Shown: positions 1 through 9,144, counted from the first letter of the stretch. The stretch is DNA of 64,000 nucleotides from an uncultured Planctomycetaceae bacterium (GCA_963815195.1 CAWFGE010000016.1:1-64000), one strand, 5' to 3'. Made by a program: numbers and translations. Notes: generated by a model not told the origin, from the sequence alone.

Positions 1-57
1 TACGCCCGGAATCTCGTCCCGCTTTGGAACAAAAGCCGCTGAGAAACAGGTCAACCC

Positions 58-512
58 ATGTCCTCACACAACACCGACCCATTCTTTCAAGCGGGGCGCT
101 TTATGAAGCCCGGCGGGGGCTGGCCGAGGGCGGCATTCCCATCGGTTCGGTGTTGGTGATCGACGGTCAGATCGCGGGGCGGGGGCACAATCGGTGCGTG
201 CAGCGGGGAGGCGCGATTCTGCACGCGGAGATGGACGCCGTCGAGAACGCGGGCCGGCTGAACTCGAGCGATTACCGCCGGGCCGTTTTGTATTCGACGC
301 TTTCGCCTTGCGACATGTGTTCGGGGATGGTGCTTCTTTACCGCATTCCGAAAATCGTGATCGGCGAGAACCGAACCTTTCAGGGGCCGGAATATTTGCT
401 GCGGTCGCGGGGCGTGAAGTTGTCGATTTTGGGCGATGCCGATTGCCTGGCGCTCATGGAGGAGTTCATCGAAAACCAACCGGCCCTTTGGAACGAAGAC
501 ATCGGCGAGTGA
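58..512 (+). CDS. Cytosine/nucleoside deaminase (zinc-dependent CDA family); apparent frameshift near 91-98
   Basis: HAE (ILHAEMDA) and PCxxC (LSPCDMC) zinc motifs. ATG at 58 gives MSSHNTDPFFQA, which joins ALYEARRGLAEGGIPIG only after correcting an indel in GCGGGGCG. Confidence 0.85.
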
Positions 513-524
513 TCGCCAGCGTGC

Positions 525-1046
525 TTACGGCTTGGCCGGCACCGCGTGGTTCTTTCGCACTTCGAGGGGACCGTTTTTGAGGAATCGACTGACGACTTCG
601 GCATGTGCCTGGATCAACCGGGCCACATACGCGTCGTTGGAGGTCTCGACCCGCACGCCCGAGTCGGTCTTTTCGAGCTTCATCGTGATCTTGTCTTTGT
701 TCCGGAAGATTTCCGCGAACAGCGGATCGCGGGCATGAATCGGCCGCCCATCTTCCAATCGCTTATACATCGAAGCCACGTGGGCTTGAATCTTCCCGGC
801 AACCGCCGGGTCGGCGGATTCGGTCAATGTCTCGACGCCGTTGGGCAACTTCGTCACCTTTGGCGTGATGTTTTGGCGGTTGTTGAGCAGGAAATGAAAC
901 AGTTGGCATATCGGCCTGCTGGGCGGCGTTCGTCCGCGTCCGAAACCGCGCCCTGCCTGCGGTCCCGATTGGGAAAACAACGGTCCGGACAAAATGCTCG
1001 CAGACACCAAAGCCGCCAGTAACACGCCAACAAAAACTCTTTTCAT
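525..1046 (-). CDS. Secreted hypothetical protein
   Basis: Signal-peptide-like start MKRVFVGVLLAALVSASILS at 1046, followed by a globular domain (LPNGVETLTES...IQAHVASM...DPLFAEIF). Confidence 0.7.
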   Translation of the reverse strand: MKRVFVGVLLAALVSASILSGPLFSQSGPQAGRGFGRGRTPPSRPICQLFHFLLNNRQNITPKVTKLPNGVETLTESADPAVAGKIQAHVASMYKRLEDGRPIHARDPLFAEIFRNKDKITMKLEKTDSGVRVETSNDAYVARLIQAHAEVVSRFLKNGPLEVRKNHAVPAKP

Positions 1047-1296
1047 CACGAGATCCTCGAATGCAATTTGATGAGTTTCGCAGACACCAGGGCATTCCCA
1101 ATACCGGCTTTGCCGGCGCGATCGGACTCCACCGCCTGGATGATTCATTATACCGAAATATCGCGATCAGACGAGTCTTATTTTCGCCAAAAAAGTTGAG
1201 ATAGGTTTTGCCCTGGAAAACAAGCCGTCTTCTCGGAACAGCGTCTTGGAAAAAAATCGAGGCATGGGCGGTGAGGAGTGAAATCCGCTCGGGGAC

Positions 1297-2377
1297 TCAC
1301 AGCTCAATCCGGTAACGCTCGAGCTTGTCTGGATCGATTTCAATGCCCAGGCCCGGCGCGGCGGGGACTTGCATTTTGCCTTGGCGGATCGGGAAAGGCT
1401 CTGTGATGATGTCATCTTCCAGGCCGTAATATGTGCAGTCGTTGGCGAGGGAGTACGCCGGGCAGGCGGCGGCGATGTGCAGCATGGCGGCGGTCTTGGG
1501 GCCGAGGTCGTGCCCGCAGTGCATGATCGCGGGCACGCCCGCCGCTTTCGAGAGGACGCCGATCTCCACGCACGGCCAGATGCCGCCCGCGAGATGCGTG
1601 TCCGGGAGCAAAAACGCCGCGGCATCGGCTTTCAGGATCTCGAACTGGCTCGCGGGATCGGTCACGCTTTCGTTGAGGGCGATCGGCGTACTCGTTTGTT
1701 TTCGCAAAACCGCGGCGTCGCCGATGGGCTTCTCCGGCAGCGGCTGCCAGGTATTCCAAACGATACGGCTCGAGCCGGCGGGCGAGTTCGATCGACTCCG
1801 CCAGCGAATAGCCGGTGTTCGGATCGAGCCGAATCGCCAGCCGATCGCCCGCGGCCTCGCGCATCGCGGCGATCATCGCCACGTCGGCTTCGATGCCCGC
1901 CCCGCCTTTGCATTTGAGTGTGGAGAAGCCCGTGTCCGCATAAGCGACCGCCTGGTCGGCGGCCTCCGCAGGTTCCTTGATCCCCATGCACGCGGCGAGT
2001 TCGATCTCGCGCCGTAGGACGCCTCCCAAAAGTTCCGCGACCGGCCGCCCGAGGGCCTTGCCTTTGAGATCCCACAGGGCCAACTCCAGCCCGGCTTTGA
2101 GCCGCGATCCAAACGGGCACTCCGCATGGAACCGGGAAATGTTGCGCGGATCGCGGCCCGCGAGCCAGTCGTTCGCCTCCCGCTGCATCCTGTTTGGATC
2201 GACCCCATCCAGAAAGTTGATGTTGAACTCGCCCCAACCGGCAAGCCCTGCATCGGTGAGGATGCGCACAATCCCCTTCCGCGTCGTCGAACTGCTGCGA
2301 TACCGCGACCGGTACGGAGCAATCGGCGGCACCTGCGGCACTTCCACGATCGTCAGCGAAACCTGGGTCACCCGCAT
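1297..2377 (-). CDS. Mandelate racemase/muconate lactonizing enzyme (enolase superfamily); frameshift near 1748
   Basis: N-terminal GWGE and ALWDLKGKALGRPVAELLGG, KxK (TLKCKGG), RLDPN, and LE(Q)P broken by a 2-nt loss. The C-terminal ORF 1297-1707 has PIALNES and PGLGIEID. Confidence 0.85.
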
Positions 2378-2391
2378 CGCAAGCTCCTCAC

Positions 2392-2964
2392 TTACTGGTC
2401 AGCACATTCGGGCCTGGTGGTCGAGTCCCAAGATTCTTTAATGCCCCGCTTGAGTCGATGGCTTTCGCGATAAATGTCCGAGGTCTTTCCGGTGCCAATT
2501 CCCGAAGGTCCACCAAACCGGCGTGAACGGGGAGGGCCAGCCGTCAAAAAGTCCGCGAGGTGGACGATGCGGACCTTCACCTTCCGCGCCTCGGTTTGCA
2601 TCGCCTCATAATGCTGAAGAATTCGCCTCGCCGCCTCTCGCTCTTGGGGATTGGCGGCTTGGGCGGGATCGGGGATCGTTCCCACGAGGAGGTATTTCGT
2701 GCGAGGCGGGATTTTTCCGTCCGCGGGTTTTCGCACGCCCTGGTCGTCGACTTCGTTGTCGATGACAACTTTCGCGGAACGAAAGATCTCATGCAGAGCC
2801 TCGCGGTCGCTGAGGCCGTCGTTGTTCAAATCGAAGATCCCGACCACCGCATAATACTCAGGCCGTTCCGCCACCGCGGGCGGCTCGGCCTTCGCGGCGT
2901 TCGCGCTGTGGGCAATCATTCCGAGGGCCAAGAGAGTCATCCAGAGAAACGATTTGTGTAACAT
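2392..2964 (-). CDS. Secreted hypothetical protein (possibly BRCT-like fold)
   Basis: Signal peptide MLHKSFLWMTLLALGMIAHSANA with GGAGA RBS upstream; DLNNDG and TKYLLVG motifs. Confidence 0.6.
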   Translation of the reverse strand: MLHKSFLWMTLLALGMIAHSANAAKAEPPAVAERPEYYAVVGIFDLNNDGLSDREALHEIFRSAKVVIDNEVDDQGVRKPADGKIPPRTKYLLVGTIPDPAQAANPQEREAARRILQHYEAMQTEARKVKVRIVHLADFLTAGPPRSRRFGGPSGIGTGKTSDIYRESHRLKRGIKESWDSTTRPECADQ

Positions 2965-2971
2965 GGGGTCT

Positions 2972-3064
2972 CCGATCCGCCGCATCAGGATTCTTGTCCG
3001 CCACATAGCTCCAAATGTCACCGACATCCCGCTCGGCGGACCGCGTGAGGGTGTATCCGCTCAT
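2972..3064 (-). pseudogene. parE: Truncated ParE/RelE-type toxin (N-terminal ~31 aa)
   Basis: MSGYTLTRSAERDVGDIWSYVADKNPDAADR is a typical ParE N-terminus. It overlaps the antitoxin stop (ATGA), and similarity ends abruptly at the next gene's RBS. Confidence 0.75.
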
Positions 3065-3339
3065 CCCCGGTTTTTCTCCGCCAAACGTTCCCGGCCGCGG
3101 CGTTTTATCTCCTCGAAGAATTCTTTGAGTTCTTCGTCAGATTCAAAATGGATCACGCGCCCCGCCGCCACATCGTCGAGACCCTCCTAAAGTTTCGCTT
3201 TCAGCGATTCGATTGTGGGCTGAGATTCCTGCAGCAAGTCCAGGGCGAATTCCACGGCCTCATCCGCCGATCGGAACCAGCCCCGGGTGAGCAGGTCTTC
3301 GACAACTTTTTGGGCGTGCTCGGTCAATTCGACTTGCAT
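3061..3339 (-). pseudogene. parD: ParD-type (RHH) antitoxin with in-frame TAG
   Basis: MQVELTEHAQKVVEDLLTRGWFRSADEAVEFALDLL...LKAKL*EGLDDVAAGRVIHF...; TAG at 3187-3189 interrupts a frame that continues to TGA at 3061. Confidence 0.75.
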
Positions 3340-3371
3340 GATTAACTCTCGAAATAACTCAAATTGATTCA

Positions 3372-3493
3372 AACCGCGGATGACACGGATAGCGCTGATA
3401 AAGAGAAGAATTTCACCCTCGGTTCGTGGCAGAATCTTTCATTTGAATCGTTGCTCCATCGGTTATCCGCGAAAATCCGCGTTATCCGCGGTT
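3372..3493. repeat. Intergenic inverted-repeat (REP-like) element
   Basis: AACCGCGGATGACACGGAT...ATCCGCGTTATCCGCGGTT imperfect inverted repeat. Confidence 0.6.
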
Positions 3494-3625
3494 CAAATCC
3501 TCCGACGCTTACAGCTTGAGGAAATCAGTAGCATTTCATCCACTTTATCACGGTTCCCAGCCCGCGGCCAAATCTTTTTGACTGGTGATTGCACAAATAC
3601 CATCTTCATACATCGCCCTCCGGCA

Positions 3626-4567
3626 TTAGTTGTCAGACGAATTCTTTGATGTAGGGAAAAGGTCGGCAACTCGCTTGGCCGATAAAAGCGCCTCATGACT
3701 CGTGTAGCGAGGCGATTGCATAGCCCCAATCGGAGCGTCAGCAAATGGAACCGGTTGCGGAAGGGTTTTCGCAGTTTCCGCGAAAACTAGACGATACTTG
3801 CCATCGTCGCCGTAGGGTTCGATGCGGTCAACTCGTGCGTAATGGGTGATTGCCTTAACCGGGGCGGATTGATATGCGGCGATATATTTGATTTTGTCGA
3901 GCATGCCTCCGCCGATGCGTATGGCGTACCAGCAGTTTTCGCCAAGAAAAGTCTCGGTGAAACCAGGTTCTTGTGCCGGAACGATTACAGTGTCTCTCCC
4001 ATCAGTGTGAGCATTGATTTGGGACGGCGACGCAATGCCCGGCATCGCCACCGCGTTAGGTTTCTCGAATACGCGAACCCCTAAAAGTGGCAGGATACGT
4101 AAAACCTCCCGCAGGAAGCCTTGCGTATCGGCGCGATCCGACTCTGACAGCTTGGGCTCTTTCGGGTGGTTGCCATTGTCCAAATGACAGCGATTGGCTT
4201 CCTTTGCGAGTTTGAGAAGCTTGTGTTCCAACCAAGTGATATGAGCTCGATTAAGAATATTCCCCTTTGAAACAAACGCGAAGCCCCAGTTCCAGAATTC
4301 TTTTTCAGAATGGTGGGTGTCGATTCGGCTTCGGATCCCATCTCCCTGCCCAGCATATATTGTTGGAAGGTCGTCGTCTGTCCCTTCGGCGGATCCGGTA
4401 AGGATGTAGATACCGCTTCTCTTGAACTCATCGCGTTCGCGCAAGTTCAGCCAGCCAGATCGTGGAAACGCAATGCCGATCCCAGTCCAGTTAAGTAGTT
4501 CGACGATCTTTGCTCCCTCTGGGTCACCGTCTGGAACCAAAATCCGAATCGTATAGGGTTCACCCAT
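3626..4567 (-). CDS. GIY-YIG nuclease family protein with additional C-terminal domain
   Basis: Start MGEPYTIRILVPDGDPEG; SGIYILTG...IYAGQG...IRSRI and WLEHKL motifs of GIY-YIG; visibly less GC-biased than the flanking genes. Confidence 0.8.
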   Translation of the reverse strand: MGEPYTIRILVPDGDPEGAKIVELLNWTGIGIAFPRSGWLNLRERDEFKRSGIYILTGSAEGTDDDLPTIYAGQGDGIRSRIDTHHSEKEFWNWGFAFVSKGNILNRAHITWLEHKLLKLAKEANRCHLDNGNHPKEPKLSESDRADTQGFLREVLRILPLLGVRVFEKPNAVAMPGIASPSQINAHTDGRDTVIVPAQEPGFTETFLGENCWYAIRIGGGMLDKIKYIAAYQSAPVKAITHYARVDRIEPYGDDGKYRLVFAETAKTLPQPVPFADAPIGAMQSPRYTSHEALLSAKRVADLFPTSKNSSDN

Positions 4568-4653
4568 TTCAGATTTGTCCTTTTTTGCAGCGAATTGAAT
4601 GTGCACGTTCCAAAGTCGATTTCGCTGAACCCGGAATAGCCCGCGCGACGAAA

Positions 4654-5931
4654 TCACTCCATCATCCGGGCCTTGTCCGAAATGTCTTTCCGGCACCAGG
4701 CTCCGTCGAAGCGGATTTTTTTGACGGCTTGATACGCGCGGAGCTTGGCGTGGGCGAGATCGTCGCCTAAGGCCGTCACGCCCAAGACGCGGCCGCCGGC
4801 GGTGACCACTTCGCCGTCTTGGAATTTGGTGCCCGCGTGGAAGACTTTGACATCTTCCAAGGCACCCGCTTCGGCGAGGCCGCGGATGACTTTGCCTTTC
4901 TCGTATTCGCCGGGGTAACCTTCCGAGGCCATCACCACGCACACCGCCGGGCGGGGATCCCATTCCAAGGGCGGGAGCTTGTTCAATCGGCCTTCGCACG
5001 CGGCGAGGAGGACTTCCGCCAGGTCGGACTTCAGCCGCATCAACACGGGCTGGGCTTCGGGGTCGCCGAAGCGGACGTTGTATTCCAAGACCCGCGGGCC
5101 CTGGTTGGTCATCATCAGCCCGGCATAGAGCACGCCCCGAAACGGCCGGCCCGCCTTGCGGAGGTTGTGAATCGTCGGCACGAGGATTTTTTCATCGATC
5201 AAATCCATCGCTTCGGCGGAAACGATCGGGGCGGGGGAATAGGCCCCCATCCCGCCGGTGTTGGGGCCGCGGTCATCGTCGTAGGCCCGCTTGTGGTCCT
5301 GGGAGGAATCCAACGGCAGAATGTTTTTGCCGTCCACGATCGCGAGGATGCTCGCTTCCTGTCCGAACAGGCATTCCTCGATGACGATCCGCTGCCCTGC
5401 TTCGCCGAAGGCCCGCTGCTGGAGGATTTCGCGGATGGCGGCGACGGCTTCGTCCTTGCTCGCGCAGACCGTCACGCCTTTGCCCGCCGCGAGTCCGTCG
5501 GCCTTCACGACCAGCGGTTGTTCGCTGCGTTCTTCCACATAGAGGATCGCGTCCTCGAAGTTGGTGAAGGTCTGATATTCTGCGGTGGGGACGCCGGCTT
5601 GCTTCATCAGGTTTTTAGAGAACGACTTGCTGCCTTCGAGTTCCGCCGCCTTCTGCGTGGGGCCGAAGACGTTGAGGCCCTCGGCTTCCAGGGCATCGAC
5701 GACGCCGGCGACTAAGGGAGCCTCGGGCCCGACCACGGTGAGGCCGATCTGCTCTTTTTTCGCAAACGCGACGAGTTCGGGAATGTCCGTGGCGGCGATG
5801 GGCAAGTTCTCGGCTTCCGTCGCGGTGCCCGCGTTTCCCGCGCAGAACACCTGCGTCACCAAAGGCGATTGAGCCAGTTTCCAAGCCAAAACGTGCTCTC
5901 GCCCGCCCTGCCCTATGACGAGTGCTTTCAT
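4654..5931 (-). CDS. purD: Phosphoribosylamine--glycine ligase
   Basis: GQGGREH, VVGPEAPL, LEGSKSFSK, VVKADGLAAGKGV, QDHKRAYDDDRGPNTGGMGAYSP, EYNVRFGDPE, TAGGRVL. Confidence 0.98.
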   Translation of the reverse strand: MKALVIGQGGREHVLAWKLAQSPLVTQVFCAGNAGTATEAENLPIAATDIPELVAFAKKEQIGLTVVGPEAPLVAGVVDALEAEGLNVFGPTQKAAELEGSKSFSKNLMKQAGVPTAEYQTFTNFEDAILYVEERSEQPLVVKADGLAAGKGVTVCASKDEAVAAIREILQQRAFGEAGQRIVIEECLFGQEASILAIVDGKNILPLDSSQDHKRAYDDDRGPNTGGMGAYSPAPIVSAEAMDLIDEKILVPTIHNLRKAGRPFRGVLYAGLMMTNQGPRVLEYNVRFGDPEAQPVLMRLKSDLAEVLLAACEGRLNKLPPLEWDPRPAVCVVMASEGYPGEYEKGKVIRGLAEAGALEDVKVFHAGTKFQDGEVVTAGGRVLGVTALGDDLAHAKLRAYQAVKKIRFDGAWCRKDISDKARMME

Positions 5932-6205
5932 ACCAATGCGTATCCGTATGGCGACAAATGAGGGAAATTGAGTCCAATCTGAAGTATAGCAAGCCCCCGC
6001 GGGGAAATCCCAATGACCAGGCCCCCATGACCAATTTCCAAAGCGAGAGAACCACCGCGCGTCCGGTGCCCGCCGATTTGCGAGACGGAAGATTTTGCCG
6101 AAGCGGGCGAACCTCCGGAAGCGTATCGGGTCTAAGTTTTCAACACAGGCAAAACGTGCCGCAGGCCGGATGGGTCCCGGCCGTTCTGACTCGAATGCCG
6201 TTTTT

Positions 6206-6278
6206 CGGTGTGTGGGAAAGCTTGGGAATCCGCGTGCTTCGGCGCACGAGATCGCCGGTTCAAATCCGGCCGCACCGA
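6206..6278 (+). tRNA. tRNA-Pro(CGG), atypical; anticodon loop is 6 nt as sequenced
   Basis: Acceptor stem CGGTGTG/CGCACCG, D arm GGA..TCC, anticodon stem CGTGC/GCACG around TTCGGC, T arm GCCGG-TTCAAAT-CCGGC, discriminator A, no encoded CCA. Confidence 0.75.
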
Positions 6279-6329
6279 CTTTGTTTGAAAAGGCGGCACT
6301 TGTTTGAACGCCACCGATGGTGGTGGCTA

Positions 6330-7424
6330 TTATTTAGCGGGAGTCTCGATTTCCAAGACGCAATTTGGAAGTGCCCGCTGCAATTCGGCAACCCCGTCCT
6401 TGGTTGCGCGATGATACTTTAGTTGAAGTCGGGTCAGACTCTTCATCTTCGCAATTTCTTTCAAGCCGATATCCGACATCTTATTCGGATCGGCCAACCC
6501 GTACCCGTTGCATTTCAATGTAGTCAGTTTTCGAAAGTTTGGCGAGTTCCATCGCTCCCGCATCCCCATCCTCAATGCCCAGCCCGGAAAGCTCAAGGAA
6601 TTCGAGGTTTTTGAGCGTTGCGACACCTTGCATGTCTTCCAAGGTACGAGGATACCTTGGTGGACCTGTCACTATGGACAACCACTTTAGTTGTTCGAGC
6701 TCCGCAAGTTCTTTCAGGCCGCCCCCTTAACCAACGTGAATCGCAAGTTAAGGCCCTGCAGGTTTTTCAATTCGCACAAGCCACGCAATGCACCATCACG
6801 GAGGTTGTTACGACCAAGGTTAAGGTATATAAGCTCCTGCAATGGTCCTAGCTCAATGAGTGCGTCCGCGGGAACACCAATTCGGTCAAAACAGAATTCC
6901 AGCGAGAGCGCCTTAAGACTCTTCATTCTCGCAATGATCTTTAAGTGATCTAGCGTCAGGGGGCGAATAACCCTGCCGCCGCCATCGGATGTCCCGGTCA
7001 AATCAAGGACTTCCAGATGCTCCATCGCAGCAATCACCTCGAGCCTCCTGTTCCGTGAGAGGACCGACCACACTCAGGCCAAACGGGCATCCTGGTGAAG
7101 GCAGGCTGGCAAAGTTCCTCTCGGTTCGCCTATTCAACTCGAAGGAGGGAACTATCCTGGTAAAAACAACTGCGGGATCAAGCCCATTGGCAACCTTTTT
7201 CCTACTGGCAGTCTTCTCGATTTGTTCCCGGTCGGCACTGAAACTGAAGAATCCGAGTCGGTTGACGCACAACCAACCTGAAGTTGCATTCGCCTTTTCC
7301 CACGCCTTGATCACCGGTTGAGGAATTTGATCGATCTCGCCTTCCTCGCTATACCCCGCGCATGGCAACAGGAGGTAGCGCTCAGGAACGTCGCGATACT
7401 GAGCAATACAAATTGCAATTTCAT
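6330..7424 (-). pseudogene. Secreted leucine-rich-repeat protein, multiply frameshifted
   Basis: Signal peptide MKLQFVLLSIATFLSATSCC; LRR units (LEVLDLTGT, LKALSLEFC, LIYLNLGRN, LQGLNLRFT, LEFLELSGL); C-terminal GVAELQRALPNC; spread over at least five ORF fragments. Confidence 0.75.
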
Positions 7425-8080
7425 TGTATTTCTCCTGTTGTGAACTGCTGGAACGATCGAGGTCGGAGTCTCAGTATATTCTACGACAGCCGGTCTGGCG
7501 ACAACAACTTGTGATCTTGCGCAATCGCCAGCGGCTCTGGCAATGAGCAACCGTTCCGTGTCGCCGATGCCTACTCGCATAGGACCGTGAGGACGGCGAC
7601 ACGAAGTAAGAGTCATGCCAAATGCCGCACAATACCCGTGGCCGCAAGGGCTTCCGCGCTCGGAGAGAGCGCCGTTTCGACCAGGGCGACGATCCACGGT
7701 TCAAACGAAGGACAGTCGTCCCGACTTGTAAACCTTGAAATCGCAAGGGTTTACGGCAAGGAAGTTTGAAACCTTTTGGGAAACCCCGCTCCCAGAAACC
7801 TTCCTTGAAACCTTTTGGCGGGTTTCAAGGCGGGAAATTCAATCAAGAACCCCCACGGTGATTGCTCATCGCGGGGGTTTTTCGTTGCTGAAATACCACC
7901 AATCTTCCGGCTGTCACGCCCATGTCGCCCCACAAAGGCCGCTCGGGGGCTTGGGTAACGAATTACCCGTGTTGCCGCGTGGCTAGACGGCATTACCTCA
8001 AAGGGCAAATTGTTCCTAAGTTTGATACAGCGGTTGATTGGCTTGGGGTTCAGTTCGGGATGGTTGAACAGGGATAATAC

Positions 8081-8587
8081 CTAAGTCGAAGTTTTCGCAC
8101 ACAGGTTTGGATTGATTCCGATTTGTGCAGAAGGGTTTGCGGAACCATCCTTGAAATTATCAATTGCACCCAAAACTGCATCTACTTTCGGTACTACCAA
8201 TTGAATAACAGGGCCATAGTCAAACGCCGAAAGTCGAACGGTCGTGCCGTGGTTGTTCATCTTGTTTAAGGTCCACCGCGGAGTACCCGGAACATTCTTG
8301 CCGTAGGTCGTCTTAAGGTCTTCGATAGGTTTCGCGTTCGCTGCAACATTGGAAAAACTGGGCAAAAGGCGATCCAGCAGAATATCGTCAGGCTTGTTGC
8401 CATCAGAAATCAGAATTTCAACCAACGCTCGTAGCTGCAAAGCCGCACTCTCCACAACCGATTCACTTACGGTTTTGGAAAGATTCGTTTGATTCGTTTG
8501 ATTCGTTTGGGAAAGCCAATCCAACCGATCTTTGAGTCGGGTCCGAATGTCTGTGAAGACTTCCCAGTCTGTGAGATTTGTTGCCAT
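8081..8587 (-). CDS. Hypothetical protein (island-borne)
   Basis: Open frame from MATNLTDW with upstream AAGGA; contains a 9-bp x3 tandem (QTNQTNQTN) at 8482-8508. Confidence 0.55.
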   Translation of the reverse strand: MATNLTDWEVFTDIRTRLKDRLDWLSQTNQTNQTNLSKTVSESVVESAALQLRALVEILISDGNKPDDILLDRLLPSFSNVAANAKPIEDLKTTYGKNVPGTPRWTLNKMNNHGTTVRLSAFDYGPVIQLVVPKVDAVLGAIDNFKDGSANPSAQIGINPNLCAKTST

Positions 8588-8898
8588 TCGCGGTTTCCTT
8601 TTCAACAATCGATACGGACAGTTTTTGTATTGTACGACTTTGGCGTCTTAAATATTCACAGATTTTTCGACGGAATGCGATTTCCTCCCCTGCCACCCCC
8701 TACGTCGCCCCAGACCGCCCGCTTGGGGGCTTGGGTGGGGTTTGGGCTATCCTGCCCCTGCAAAGCCCCCACGGGAACGAAAACCCGCTCAACCATTTGG
8801 ATGCCCCCATGCCGCCCGTGGGTTCTTCTTTGGGGGAAAGTATCCCGGTTGCCGCCCGCCGGGTTCGCCTTGCCAGTTCCCCAACCCCGCCCACCGGT

Positions 8899-9144
8899 TT
8901 ACAAGTACGGGTTAGGCGGGGGCGGCTCCCCGCCAATATCGGGTTCCGGTTGTGGCGGCGGTGTATTCGGCAACCCCGGTTCCGTGTCGCTTTCCAAGGT
9001 TTCAACCGTGGTAAACGGCAAACCACAATGCCGACAGATACGCCGCCGCCGGACATGCAACCGCGAAACGCCACGCCAACGAACCGTCCGCTTTGTTGTG
9101 TGGGAAACCTAGCTCATTCGGCAACCACAATTGGAACACTCCAT
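8899..9144 (-). pseudogene. NrdR-N/Ogr-like zinc-ribbon protein with in-frame TAG (absent from the ORF track)
   Basis: MECSNCGCRMS*VSHT...HVRRRRICRHCGLPFTTVETLE...; CxxC...RRRxCxxCGxxFTTxE signature; GGAGGGGG RBS; TAG at 9109-9111. Confidence 0.7.

Noticed and set aside
4568..4999. N-terminal extension of the 457-aa ORF over purD
   Set aside because: It overlaps purD in another frame; the recognisable GIY-YIG protein starts at ATG 4567.
7557..7700. Additional attC sites upstream of the LRR pseudogene
   Set aside because: Inverted repeats exist (CGTGTCGCCG/CGGCGACACG), but paired AAC/GTT ends with correct spacing could not be identified.
8482..8508. Phase-variation tract
   Set aside because: The 9-bp unit is in frame, so copy-number change would not switch expression.
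3187..9111. Amber (TAG) recoding, suggested by in-frame TAGs in parD and the zinc-ribbon gene
   Set aside because: TAG ends normal genes in this window (NUDIX at 29903, methyltransferase at 56207), and both interrupted genes lie in decaying accessory DNA.
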